Positions 14,245-28,057 are shown, numbered from the stretch's first letter. The stretch is 64,000 bases of DNA from Eledone cirrhosa (GCA_964016885.1 OZ024743.1:80662001-80726000); one strand, 5' to 3'. Numbers and translations are program-made. The notes: generated by a model not told the origin, from the sequence alone.

Positions 14245-16234
14245 GTTTCTTTTATTTGCCACTAGGGCATCAAAAGTGGGACAAGTACAATGGGGGGAGT
14301 TTACACAAAAAGGCGTCCTCAATAAGGAGGAGGCAATAACAAAATATAAAAATAAAATAAGATATAACAAAAAATAAAATTTATAACAAAATCCTCAATA
14401 GAGAGGAGGCGCCTTGGGGGGTCGCACACACCCCCGAAAAAAGTGTGCAACCCTTCTCCTCAGGAGCACAGAGAAGGGGTGCTCCCTTGGTCTTTCATCT
14501 TCCTCACCTATAGTCTGATGTAGAGTGAAGGCCCATTCACACGGGCCATTCTCGCCACTTTCACCCATCTTTCATAGAAACGGCTGGGGTGCAGCACCTC
14601 TCTCTCCATCCTGATCCTTCTTCCGAAATGATATCGGAAGAAACGGACCAGTTGTTGGCCAGAGAGAAAGGTGCCTGACCTCAGTCCTTTCAGACGCGTC
14701 CACCAAACAACCTCTTTCGCCATGGCTATTACGCACAGAAACACCGCCTCTGCTTCATCTTTGAAGGGGCGAGGCGGCTTGATCATTACAATAGACTCGG
14801 TGGTCAACCGGATCGGTCCCACCCTTGACAGCAGTTGTTCGACATAGCCCCACAGATCGGCTACGCCCGAGCAGTGTACCAATGCGTGTGCAACGGTTTC
14901 CTCGTCGCACACGCATCTGGGACAGATCTTTTTGGCGGGGTCCCTACCCGGGCGCCCGTGTCTGTAGAGCCTTTCTCGAACGGGTAAAGCCCCTCGGTAG
15001 CACTGCCAGGCCAGGGACTTCTGGAAGTTGTCCATAGGTCTCGGGCTGAATGTCCTACCGAACAGGCTGGCCAGTTCGTCCTCCTCCATGTCTAGGGCTT
15101 CTCCGAGGGCGTCGTCGCACCTGCTGCGTACCAGCCCTCTATAGAATGTTGCGGTGGAGTCTCCACTGATAACCGGATCCGCCTGCCAGAGGGCGGTGAG
15201 CGCCTGGGCACACTCAGTGTGCCAGGCGCCCAGTTTTCTCGGTCTTTGCTTGACCCAGGATTGCAGCTCGGTGAGTGAGACGAGTCTGGGAAAGGTTCGT
15301 CTCACAAACGAGGCCCACACCGGTTGTCCGGTGAGGAATACGTAGAGGTGCCGTAGCCTTAATGCGTGTTTACGCATCATTAGCCACGGCATCCCCAGCC
15401 CTCCTTTCGAAGGGTGTTGACAGCAGATGGATCTCCTCACCATAGGAGCCCGCCTCTTCCAAAGGAATTGGAAGAGCGCGCGCTCCATCTTGGTGAGGGT
15501 TTCCCTTGGGCAGGGCACTACGGTCAGGCGGTAGTAGATGACGGACGCTATGTAGGTGTTCGCCACCTCCGCCCGACCTTTCAGGGATAGTTTGCAACTG
15601 GCCCACTTCTGGGTCAGTGCAAACACCCTGTTCGTAACCTCCGCCCAGTTTTTCTCCACCTGGAGGTCCGGTCCGAACCAGACCCCGAGCAACTTCACCG
15701 GGCCCTCCGTCCAGCGTCCGACGACGCCATCGGAGGGCATCGGTCTGCCCCTCCACGTGCCGAGTTGCAAACCGATCGACTTGTCCCGGTTCAGCTTAGC
15801 CCCTGTGAACTTTTCGTACTCCTCCAGTAAGGTGCCGACCGCCTCGATTTCGGAGGCCGTCGACACCATTACTGTCACGTCATCGGCGTAGGCCGACACC
15901 GCTTTCCGCAATCCCGGTTCCAAAGGGATGCCCTGCAACAACTCCAACTTCCGCAGTAGTGGCTCGAGAGTCAACACATACAGAAGGGAGGAGAGAGGGC
16001 ACCCTTGTCGGATGGACCGCGCGATTTTGAACGGCTCCGAGAGGTAGCCGTTCACCTTGACCCTAGAGCAGATGCGGCTGCTGTGCATAGCAGTGATCCA
16101 GCCCCTGAAAACGGGTCCGAAGCCTGCCGCCGCTAGCACCGCATCCAGGTAACCATGGTCGACCCTATCGAACGCCTTAGATTGATCCAAGTTGATCAGA
16201 GCCCCACCAAAGCCGGGTTCGTTCCCAACCCTCA
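14245..16234 (-). mobile_element. 5'-truncated Tx1/L1-clade LINE with 3' UTR
   Basis: GC-rich block with an RT ORF; 3' end ...CCCTAGTGGCAAATAAAAGAAAC; flanked by TAGA/TAGG microsatellite. Confidence 0.9.
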
Positions 16235-16235
16235 T
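14508..16235 (-). CDS. LINE ORF2 C-terminal part: reverse transcriptase plus zinc finger (truncated)
   Basis: LDQSKAFDRVDH, RQGCPLS, YADD and CPRC...H...C; 575 aa uninterrupted. The start codon is probably fortuitous, at the truncation point. Confidence 0.9.
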   Translation of the reverse strand: MRVGNEPGFGGALINLDQSKAFDRVDHGYLDAVLAAAGFGPVFRGWITAMHSSRICSRVKVNGYLSEPFKIARSIRQGCPLSSLLYVLTLEPLLRKLELLQGIPLEPGLRKAVSAYADDVTVMVSTASEIEAVGTLLEEYEKFTGAKLNRDKSIGLQLGTWRGRPMPSDGVVGRWTEGPVKLLGVWFGPDLQVEKNWAEVTNRVFALTQKWASCKLSLKGRAEVANTYIASVIYYRLTVVPCPRETLTKMERALFQFLWKRRAPMVRRSICCQHPSKGGLGMPWLMMRKHALRLRHLYVFLTGQPVWASFVRRTFPRLVSLTELQSWVKQRPRKLGAWHTECAQALTALWQADPVISGDSTATFYRGLVRSRCDDALGEALDMEEDELASLFGRTFSPRPMDNFQKSLAWQCYRGALPVRERLYRHGRPGRDPAKKICPRCVCDEETVAHALVHCSGVADLWGYVEQLLSRVGPIRLTTESIVMIKPPRPFKDEAEAVFLCVIAMAKEVVWWTRLKGLRSGTFLSGQQLVRFFRYHFGRRIRMEREVLHPSRFYERWVKVARMARVNGPSLYIRL

Positions 16236-16519
16236 ATAGGTAGATAGATATATAGGTAGATAGGTATATAGGTAGATAGGTATATAGGTAGATAGATATA
16301 TAGGTAGATAGGTATATAGGTAGATAGATATATAGGTAGATAGGTATATAGGTAGATAGGTATATAGGTAGATATAAAGATAGGTAGATAGATATATAGG
16401 TAGATAGGTAGATAAGTAGCTATATTGATAGGTAGATAGATATATAGGTTAAAATATTATTGCGTAATTAGTTTCTATGGTGGTTGTGTTACTATTGGTA
16501 ACACAATGTCAAAACAGAG

Positions 16520-16693
16520 AAACACACACATCTCTGTTGTGTGTATGTATGTATATATGTATGTATGTTTATATGTATGTATGTATATATATATATATGT
16601 ATGTATGTATATATGTATGTATATCTATGTATGTATGTATGTATGTATGTATGCATGTATGTATGTATGTATGTATGTATGTATATATGTATG

Positions 16694-16727
<34 letters not shown>

Positions 16728-17130
16728 TGTATGTATGTATGTATGCATGTATGTATGTATCTCTGTATATATGTATGTATGTATATATGTATGTATGTGT
16801 GTATATGTATATATGTATGTATGTATGCATGTATGTATATCTATGTATGTATGTATGTGTGTGTATATGTATGTATATATGTATGTGTGTATGTATGTAT
16901 ATATGTATGTATATATGTATGTATGTATGTATGTATGCATGTATGTATGTATCTGTGTATATATGTATGTATGTATATATGTATGTATGTATGCGTGTGT
17001 ATATGTATATATGTATGTATGTATGCATGTATGTATATCTATGTATGTATGTATGTGTGTATATATGTATGTATATGTGTATGTGTGTATGTGTTTATAT
17101 ATGTATGTATATATGTATGTATGTATATAA
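16520..17130. repeat. (ATGT)n-rich microsatellite
   Basis: Direct inspection. Confidence 0.95.
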
Positions 17131-17228
17131 ATATATATATGCATACGTACATACATGCATGTTTACGTATATATGTGTATAGCTATTGAAGGACATCGAG
17201 CATACATATGTATACCTCATCCACACAT

Positions 17229-17279
<51 letters not shown>

Positions 17280-17315
17280 TATAATTACGTGTCTGTGTGT
17301 GTATATACATTATAT

Positions 17316-17358
<43 letters not shown>

Positions 17359-17394
17359 TATAAATACGTGTGTGTGTGTATATATACATTATAT

Positions 17395-17435
<41 letters not shown>

Positions 17436-17471
17436 TATAAATACGTGTGTGTGTGTATATATACATTATAT

Positions 17472-17503
<32 letters not shown>

Positions 17504-18017
17504 GCACTTCGTCTTATTTCTTCCGCTCTCCTTCTGTCCCTCTCCCACTAGACCGTAATATTATCTCCCCCCTCTCTCATAATCTTCATACCTCTCTCTC
17601 CCTCCCTCTCTCACATCCTTTATTTCCCTCTCTCCCTCCCCCTCTCACATCCTATATTTCTCTCTCTCCCTCCCTCTCTCACGTCCTTTATTTCTCTCTC
17701 ACCCTTCCTCCCTCTCACTGTTTCATTTCCTCCCTCTCTCACATCCTCTATCTCTCACTCCCTTCCTCTCTCTGTCACATCCTCCCTCCCACCCTCTCAC
17801 TACTGTAACTAACGCCTGTCTATTATCAATTCACCTCCCCATTTCCCCCTCTTACTTCACCCTCCCCCCCGCTAATAATCACCTCTTTCCCACGACGTCC
17901 ATTTAAACCTCAGCCTTTCTCCCTCCCACTGCTGCCTTCAACCAAGTCACTTCCCACCCCCCTCTCTCTCTCTCGTTCTCTCTTTATTTCTCTCTTTCTA
18001 TTTACAATACGTGTATG

Positions 18018-18050
<33 letters not shown>

Positions 18051-18263
18051 CATATATACATCTATATATATCCTTAGCCACACAAGCAGATTACGCATAC
18101 AAGTATCTCTGTGCATATATATATATATATATAGATATATATATATATATACATATAACACTTACGCATATACACACTCAGTCACACATATATATATCTA
18201 TATATACATACATGTGTGTATATATATATATACATATAACACTTACGCATATACACACTCAGT

Positions 18264-18334
<71 letters not shown>

Positions 18335-18729
18335 GCATCCACACACGTATATAAATACTCACACAAACAAACAGAAAGATTAAGACATTCAAAGGAAGTG
18401 TGAGAGAGAGAAAGATGATTGAAGCAAATAAAGACAAGTAGAAAGAGTGAAGGAAAGGAAGGGGAAGGAGAGAGTAATTTACGCCGTAATTCTTATTAAC
18501 GCCATGCGCACTACTTTCTAATGCGTACTTAGAAAATGTTGATGTGCTAGACTAGCGAAAATGCTTATTTACGTTGTGGGATTAAACACTAAATATCGTG
18601 TGACACGGTTAATTGAACAGCTTAATCGAAGGTGTCTGATCAATAAACGAGCCGTTTGAATGAATAGAATGTAACAAACGGAATACTGCGAAACGGTATT
18701 CAGAAGTTACGAGATCAATACGTTGGGGA

Positions 18730-18860
18730 AACTGCGGCCCGTTGAGCTTTCTGAATGGCCTCATTTCTAAATTGCCTTGAATTTTACTGGTAGTGCGGCC
18801 CGCCTTATATTGAGCCACATCCTATGCGGCCCACTGCTCGAAAAATGTTGCCCATACTTG
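18730..18860. mobile_element. Probable hAT (Charlie-like) terminal fragment
   Basis: Three GCGGCCC subterminal motifs followed by AAAAATGTTGCCCATACTTG. Confidence 0.45.
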
Positions 18861-19184
18861 TTGTATATGCTGGGACGTTGTTAATACGGTGGGTAAAGAT
18901 ACACACAAGCAACACTGTTCACCCTTAACGTCCTAAACAGCATGAAACAGCTTTAGCGAGACATTGTTAGTAAGTTACAAGACTGCATCACATTTAAAGT
19001 CTTCACTGAGCAGCCTAATTTTCATATCGAGTGAATTAGTCGGCCGGGCGTACCGAAAACGATAAATGGAAAAGAATGAAACGAAATTTCATTTCTCACT
19101 CTTCGTACGGCTGATACCTAAATATATGTATACGTACATACATATATGTGTACAGACGTACAGTAGTATGTATATACATACATG

Positions 19185-19247
<63 letters not shown>

Positions 19248-19479
19248 GTATGGATTTACCGAACATTTATTATAATGTTCGGTTTGTTTGTAAACAAACA
19301 GCTCGAATTACGCTGTACAGTGTTCAGCAACCATCGTCGCCTTTTTGTTCAACACTGACACCGTTTTCGGTACGCCCGGCCGACTAACTCACCCGATATG
19401 CAAATTAGGCTGCTCAGCCGTTAATATGCATAAGGAAAGTATATACTTTCAAACGTTCAAACATCTGACAGGAAGGTAT

Positions 19480-19522
19480 ACGATGCTGACGATAGCTAAT
19501 AAGCTTGAAACTACTACATCGT
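19480..19522 (+). ncRNA. Minimal type I hammerhead motif (one stem III mismatch)
   Basis: ACGATG-CTGACGA-T-AGCT-AATA-AGCT-T-GAAAC-TAC-TA-CATCGT. Confidence 0.75.
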
Positions 19523-19795
19523 TCCTTTGTCAGTGTTGAACAAAAGGGCGACGATGGTTGCCGAGCACTGTACGGCTTAATTCGGACTGTTTGTTTACAA
19601 ACAAACCGAACATTATAATAAATGTTCGGTAAACCCATACGTACATATATATATATGTGTGCATGTATGTATATATATATACATACTACTGTACGTCTGT
19701 ACACATATATGTATGTACGTATACATACTTATATTTAGGTATCAGCCGTACTAAGAGTGGGAAATGAAATTTCGTTTCATTCTTTTCCATATATA

Positions 19796-19854
<59 letters not shown>

Positions 19855-19918
19855 TTATGGAAAAGAATGAAACGAAATTTATATATATATATATATATAT
19901 GGAAAAGAATGAAACGAA

Positions 19919-20008
<90 letters not shown>

Positions 20009-20167
20009 AAAAGAATGAAACGAAATTTATATATATATATATATATATATACATGAGGGCATATCCCTGTATTAGTTATGTCACTGTATTGATATAGTTC
20101 ATCTTTACATTCAACTTGTCATTAGACTTGCAGCCATGTGGGGCGTAATACTGGGGGGAGTTTTCTA

Positions 20168-20343
20168 CATATTGTCCCCTGTACATATTGTCCCCTGTAC
20201 ATATCGTCCCCTGTACATATTGTCTCCTGTACATATCGTCCCCTGTACATATTGTCCCCTGTACATATTGTCCCCTGTACATATCGTCCCCTGTACATAG
20301 TCCTCTGTACATATTGTCCCCTGTACATATTGTCCCCTGTACA
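20168..20343. repeat. 16-bp minisatellite (TACATATTGTCCCCTG), ~11 copies
   Basis: Direct inspection. Confidence 0.95.
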
Positions 20344-20799
20344 GACATATTCCGGTTTGGTACTTATCGATCTCTTTTGGTCCACCAAGAAGCTGGACAT
20401 TCACATGGACAGAAACGTAAACATGGCCGACCAACAGAGATATCTGTGTCCTTCGTTTGTCTATTTATTTTTAAAAAATAATTTGTTTGAGTTTCCCACG
20501 GAAAAATTGTTTTGCATTTTATTTTGATACCTTTCCTTGTCTTATCCTCTTTCTGTTAATTTTCTTATATATATATATAGTGTGCTAGCAGCCGGGGTTT
20601 ACAACAAAGTTACATCTGTATATATACAAAGTGGGTAACCAGAACTGCACCAATTATATAAATATACACATATTTATTATACTGATATAAAAACATGCCA
20701 GAAAACAACAATTTCTCTGTAAGTTGAAAGGTTAAACACATTTAATAGATTGTCGGACTTAATTAGTCCCTCATCAGAAAGTGTATATGTCATCGAAAC

Positions 20800-21111
20800 C
20801 AGTGCTTCTCAAACTATCTGATGTGGCGGACCACCATTTTTTTTTCAATGTGCCACGTACCGCTAATATTTCGTACGATATATATAGTGAATATAATAAA
20901 AGTTGACCATTTTTTTATCTATTTATTTTGTAAACAAATAATACAATATCAAAACATATAAACAAAATAATAAAAAAAATAACAACAGTTTATTAACACA
21001 AAAATAAAAATTATATAACCTTAATCTTTACTAGTGTGAAAAGCCGCATACCGGTAGCTAATGTCTCGCGTACCGGCACCGGTCCGCGGACCACCACTTT
21101 GAGTAGCACTG
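20800..21111. mobile_element. hAT-family MITE
   Basis: TIRs CAGTGCTTCTCAAA / TTTGAGTAGCACTG; 8-bp TSD ATCGAAAC/ATCTAAAC. Confidence 0.85.
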
Positions 21112-21254
21112 ATCTAAACAACCATGTATGTGTGTATATATATATATATATATATGGGGGTGTCTATATATGTATGTATATATATATAAACTCTGATATA
21201 ACACCTGCAACCCTGATGGTATCCAATGATGTTGACTTGTTCTTCTTTTTGGTA

Positions 21255-21520
21255 AATATCATCTTGGTTAAGAGAGTGGCACTGGCTTTGTGCAGTGCCT
21301 TTGCTCACTATAAAAGCTTCACGGCACAGGCATTGCTTTATATCTGGAGATCGCTCTGCACTTGTCATCACATGGTACCATGGGCCCAGCACTATGTGTC
21401 AATAATTGTCACAAGTGCAGTGTTTGTACCAGAGTTTTCAAGTCGCTGGCTGGACTAAAAAGTCACACTCGTCAGCGCATCGGTAGGGGTTCTCCTACAT
21501 GGATATAAAGTAGTGGCCGT
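21255..21520 (-). pseudogene. Decayed GIY-YIG endonuclease remnant (Penelope-like element)
   Basis: IHVGEP (YIGET-like), then, after stops and frameshifts, CLCREAFIV...SLNQD (EA..I...LNxD C-terminal motif). Confidence 0.5.
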
Positions 21521-21543
21521 ACTCGAAAACGAGTTGGCAGCCA

Positions 21544-21583
<40 letters not shown>

Positions 21584-21590
21584 TACATAT

Positions 21591-21674
<84 letters not shown>

Positions 21675-21905
21675 ATATGTAATGTATATATATATATATT
21701 ATATATCATACTCTGCTCTGTAAGAGCATAGGGTGGTCAACCGGCATACCGCCTATGGAAGAATCTTAGCTACCAATAGACATATATATATATATATATA
21801 CATGCAGAAGTTATATTTAATTTGTTGGGATTCAACAAGCTTAAAAGTTTTATAACTGTTATAAAGCACTCAACAATTTACTGGAGTATGTATATATGTG
21901 GGTGG

Positions 21906-21970
<65 letters not shown>

Positions 21971-22767
21971 AGTGTGTGCGTGTGTATGTATATATGTGAG
22001 CAAACATATATGTATATATATCCTCAGGTATTTCTATGTACATATAGATGTATATACTGCATTTATATGAATTTGTGTGTACGTGTGTCCCAGGGGGCCC
22101 ACTGTAGTATTTTCGAGGCCAATGCTTTGCTTTCAAAAAATATCTGTAGTCTGAGAGAAAGAATAGCATAAAAAAAAAATAAAACAATTAAGCAAAGCAT
22201 TTGGTCAACCAACTCACCAGGGAATTACTAGGAACCAAAATATACGATAGTGCAAATAGTTGGAATGAGTGGTTGTACATATACATACACACACGCACAC
22301 ACGCACACACTCACACACACACACACACGCACACACATATATATATTTACACATACACATGAACTACTGACCAAATAATGGGTTAAAGACATCTGTCAAA
22401 TCAATTAGTGAAGGTGGTGTATATATATGTATAAAAGTACATATACATATACGTATATTTTGGTTCCTAGTAATTCCCTGGTGAGTTGGTTGACCAAATG
22501 CTTTGCTTAATTGTTTTATTTATTTTTTTTAATGTTATTCTTTCTCTCAGACTACAGATATTTTTTGAATGCAAAGCATTAGCCTCTAAAATACTACAGT
22601 GGGCTCCTGCAATGCTACCATGGGCCCCCTGGGGCACACGTACACACACATTCATATAAATGCAGTATATACATCTATATGTACATAGAAATACCTGAGG
22701 ATATATATACATATATGTTTGCTCACATATATACATACACACACACACACACTTATATACACACACA

Positions 22768-23704
22768 CACTCTCTGTTTCTCCCCTTCTCACTTCCTCCC
22801 GTTCGCTAGGAGTGGGATTCCTTCTATCTTACATCCCATTCACAGCGAAAGGTCTGTTTGCTGAGCGCTCATGAAATTCACCCAGCTTATGCTGATCGGA
22901 TAACCATGTTGCTTGTTTTTCTTCCCATCTTCGGTTAGCTTTTCCTTCTTTGTTGCTTACTTGTCTCACTCGCTTTACGCGTTTCACTTGTCCCAATAGC
23001 TTATTTTAGTTATTGCTCGCACCAACCTGAGGTATATGATTTTTAATGCGATGAAATAGCAATGATCGTTGGCAAATCACTGATGAGGGACTAATTTTAT
23101 AATATGTAATCCATGTGCAACCATGCAGTATTCTTCTCCCCATGTTTTTCACATATATATTTACCTAAACTGCGATTATCTGTTTCTCTCTTTCTCTCTT
23201 ACTGCACCCCGTTCTCTCTTACTGCTCCCCCGTTCTCTCTGTTTCTCTTACCTTCTTTCGTCCCCTCTGTCAGTTAACACTTTCTCTCGACTGACCTCTT
23301 CCTCGCACTTCCACTCACTCTCTGTTTCTCCCCTTCTCACTTCCTCTCGTTCGCTAGGAGTGGGATTCCTTCTATCTTACATCCCATTCACAGCGAAAGG
23401 TCTGTTTGCTGAGCGCTCATGAAATTCACCCAGCTTATGCTGATCGGATAACCATGTTGCTTGTTTTTCTTCCCATCTTCGGTTAGCTTTTCCTTCTTTG
23501 TTGTTTACTTGTCTCACTCGCTTTACCCGTTTCACTTGTCCCAATAGCTTATTTTAGTTATTGCTCGCACCAACCTGAGGTATATGATTTTTAATGCGAT
23601 GAAATACCAATGATCGTTGGCAAATCACTGATGAGGGACTAATTTTATAATATGTAATCCATGTGCAACCATGCAGTATTCTTCTCCCCATGTTTTTCAC
23701 ATAT
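22768..23704. repeat. Direct duplication of ~390 bp (22768-23156 and 23316-23704); related to 27025-27180 on the minus strand
   Basis: Near-identical copies offset by 548 bp. Confidence 0.9.
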
Positions 23705-24224
23705 GTATATATATATATATATATATATGTATATGTATATGTACGTTTATACATATATATATACACCACCTTCACTAATTGATTTGACAGATGTCTTTAA
23801 CCCATTATTTGGTCAGTAGTTCATGTGTATGTGTAAGTATATATATATACATACTAGCAGTAAGTATATATATATACATACTAGCAGGCTGCTCAGTAGC
23901 TGTGTTAAAGTTACAATGTTAAGTTCCTTTCTTGGCTTAAAAATTGTAGAGTCTACAGTGTAGACTTTCATGTGATACTTTTGATTAATATTCCTTCAAC
24001 CAACAGTATGCCTTGTGAAGTTAAGAAAACATAACCATAACTCGAATGTTAAAACAAAAGAGGATGCTGGGAATAAAAACTGAACTGGTAATCTATTAAC
24101 GAAAATCGAAAATTTAAACACTGCAACACTTGTATCAGAGAAAAACATCAGCGTAACCAAACTATCAGTTATTTTGAAACAAAGAAATTGGATGAACATG
24201 AAATACCAAAAAAAAAAGTGCAAT

Positions 24225-24660
24225 GTTATCGCCTATCACCTCTCTGCACGGCTGACTGTCTGCACAGCTTTATCGCCTATATCACCTCTCTGCATGACTG
24301 TCCGTCTGCATGCCTCCATCGTCTATCAGCCCGACTGTCTGTCTGCACAACTTTATCGCCTATATCACCTCTCTGCACGACTGCCTGTCTGCATGTCTTC
24401 ATCGTCTATCAGTCCGGCTGTCTGTCTGCACAACTTTATCGCCTATATCACCTCTCTGCACGACTGCCTGTCTGCATGTCTTCATCGTCTATCAGTCCGG
24501 CTGTCTGTCTGCACAACTTTATCGCCTATATCACCTCTCTGCACGACTGCCTGTCTGCATGTCTTCATCGTCTATCAGTCCGGCTGTCTGTCTGCACAAC
24601 TTTATCGCCTATATCACCTTTCTGCACGACTGTCTGTTGGCGCAACTTTATCGCCTATAG
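24225..24660. repeat. 83-bp minisatellite with two ~41 bp related halves, ~5 copies
   Basis: CTTTATCGCC recurs at 24268, 24351, 24434, 24517 and 24600. Confidence 0.95.
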
Positions 24661-25671
24661 CAGTAAAACCCGGAGTTGCTCGGGGCTGCTCAGTAGCTGT
24701 GTTAAAGTTACAATGTTAAGTTCCTTAAGTTCCATTCATCTGTAGAACACACGTAGCCCATGAGTCAAGTTTTGTGAAAATTGGTGGCGAACTCCAGAAG
24801 TTATGACGTTTTGTTGCATTGTACTGCAGTGCTTCAGTTGACTCGAAGGAAGTGGTTAAAGGGGGTTATCTGCCGGGAGGCCCTATAATCAATATCTGGA
24901 AAAATGAAAGTGCCCATGACCATCCGGAGTAAATAAGTAGCCTATGTCTTAAGTTTGGTGACAATAAGGTTTACACACACGCGCGCGCGTGTGTGTGTTT
25001 GTGTGTGTATGTATTTGTGTGTGCGTATGTATATGTATATGTATGTCCGTGGGCGCATACGTATGTACTGGCCTAAATCTTCACTATTTGCTTTTACTAT
25101 TTTAAGGCAAAGTTAAAATCCCGTCGAGGTTAACTTTGCCTTTTATCATTACGGAGTCGATAAAATTAAGTACCACTAATGTACTGGGTAATTGCTGGCC
25201 TTGTGCCAAAAGTAGAAACAACTATTTTAATAACCTCTGTCATTTTCGTGTACAATTTTATTTACATCATTCCTAAACTCCGGGGCTGGAAATAATTCGG
25301 TTATTTTAAATAGAATATTAGTCTAACAACTCCATTTACACCATAAACTTGGTCTCGTCTTTGCATGAAATTGTTCTTCTCGGTCCACATAACGACGTAT
25401 TATCCTCGCTTTTTTTCGTTCATTACCACGGAACGTCTTCACCAACAACCTTCGCTTGCAACGTTTCTCGAAATATTAATTCTGCGTTCACAGATTGAAT
25501 TTTTTAGTTTAAGAAGATCCCGTTAATGTTGAAAGCAGCGATTCTTTGCTTAAACTTTCTTTCTTTCTCAACCCCTCTCCCTTTTTCTCATACCCCCTCT
25601 CTCTCTTTTTCTCTTTCTCTCTCTCTCACTCATAACCCCTCTCACTCTCTTCCTCTACAGAATGGAGAACG

Positions 25672-25724
<53 letters not shown>

Positions 25725-26171
25725 TTATATATATATATATGTGTTTATGTGTGTGTGCGAACCAGCCTTCGTGACCATTCTCTCTCTCTATCTCTCTCTA
25801 TCTGATTATCTTGTACCTCTCTCTGCATAACGACCAATCTCACTCTCACTCTCTACATCTCCTTTTCGCTCTTTAGATGTTTAGGTATATGTGTGTGTGT
25901 GTGTGATATATATATAGAGAGTTGCAACATGTATGTAGTCTCATAGATTTTTGAGGGTAGTAGTGAGAGGAATTAAGCGTGTAAGAGAGAGCGTTACAGC
26001 ATGTATTTAGTTTTATCGATTTTTTTTCATAGAAGCAGGACATTTTTGGCAAAATTTATTACGCGTTGACCATCCTTGGTAGATTTAGAGCACATTGGAA
26101 AAAAATCATCAAAATCGGTAGAGAAATGCGGAAATGCATAAAGATCATACACACACAGACAGACATCTTCC

Positions 26172-26185
<14 letters not shown>
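24657..26185 (-). mobile_element. Probable Helitron-like element interrupted by SINE and family B insertions
   Basis: 3'-type end TAGCAGTAAAACCCGGAGTTGCTCGGG (reverse of hairpin plus CTAG-like end) and a 5'-type end ATATAAAACGGAAGATGTCTGTCTGTGTG near 26180. Linking the two ends is inferred. Confidence 0.45.
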
Positions 26186-26202
<17 letters not shown>

Positions 26203-26270
26203 TAATAAGGTAATGAATTCTTTTACAATGGAATTAGCTCGAAGGAGGAAAATACCCACTGAGCCGTGTA

Positions 26271-27020
<750 letters not shown>

Positions 27021-27188
27021 TAAAGTTAGTCCTTCATCAGTGATCTTCCAAACATCATTGGTATTTCATCGCTTTAAAGACCATATACCTCCGGTTGGTG
27101 CGAGCAACGGCTAAAAAAAGTCGTTGGGACACGTAAATAAAGGGGACACGAGAGTGTAAACAAACAAAGATGGTGAAGCAACGAAAAG

Positions 27189-27233
<45 letters not shown>

Positions 27234-27239
<6 letters not shown>

Positions 27240-27440
27240 TAACAGATTAAAGTTTAAGGAAAGAATCGCTGCTTTTACCCTTAGATCCCGTTGAGGGTGA
27301 AAGCAGCGACTCTTTGCTTAAACTTTAATCTGTTATTTTAATAAATATTTGATCTAGGGTTCTTATATATTTGGTATATATTTATCCTTATCGAGCCCTC
27401 TTTGGACTTTAGTCTTCGCATTTATTATTATTATTACTAT
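27234..27440. mobile_element. Family B foldback element (other pieces at 25390-25558, 27638-27708, 28088-28270, 38139-38325, 55586-55635, 58070-58145, 63009-63052)
   Basis: Inverted arms TTAAAATAACAGATTAAAGTTTAAG... plus a ~95 nt tail. Confidence 0.85.
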
Positions 27441-27448
27441 ATATAGTA

Positions 27449-27640
27449 AGGCGGGATTGGCAGTATCGGTAGAGGGTCGGACGCCATGATTTGAAGTCTA
27501 GAGTTACCTCCCTGTATGATCTGAGTTCAAATCCCGCCGAGGTTAAACTTTGCTTTTCATCCTTATGGGGTCGATAAAATAAATTACCAGTAATGCACTG
27601 GGTAATTGCTGGCCTTGTGACAAAAGTAGAAACAATTATT
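27449..27640 (+). mobile_element. tRNA-derived SINE family S1
   Basis: A box TGGCAGTATCGG, B box GAGTTCAAATCC, central TTTCATCCTT..GGGGTCGATAAAA, (ATT)n tail. Confidence 0.85.
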
Positions 27641-27767
27641 AAAATAACAGATTAAAGTTTAAGCAAAGAATGGTTAAGCGTGGAAGCAGCGATTCTTTGT
27701 TATTTCAATATATATATATATAAAGAAAATTTTCGCTCTACATGGCTGAATAAATAAATGTAATCTG

Positions 27768-28053
27768 AGTTTTTCGAATATTAATAATAACTTTTGATTC
27801 GTTTGCAATTATACAAACAAGCCTCAATTTTATAGCCATGTCAGTAGAATGAACCCTTCATTCTTGCTCTTGTGTGGGCATGTGAACAGAACTGCAGACA
27901 CTAATGTTTCTCGGTATCACCCTTCATCAGTAGCACTGTTCACCTGCCAACACAGGAGCAAGAATGAAGGGTTCATTCTACTGACATGGCTATAAAATTG
28001 AGGCTTGTTTGCATAATTGCAAACGAATCGAATGTTATTATTAATATTCGAAA

Positions 28054-28057
<4 letters not shown>
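27768..28057. mobile_element. Foldback element with a hammerhead-like motif at its apex (27882-27943 minus)
   Basis: ~120 bp arms; the loop reads CTGATGA-AGGGTGATACCGA-GAAAC-ATTAGT-GTC on the minus strand. Confidence 0.8.

Noticed and set aside
23050-23095. Permuted (type II) hammerhead GAAA...TGAT/ATCA-CTGATGA
   Set aside because: It lacks U16.1 and a stem III, so it is treated as a half core only.
24174-24745. Cys-rich repetitive ORFs
   Set aside because: They are products of the 83-bp minisatellite.
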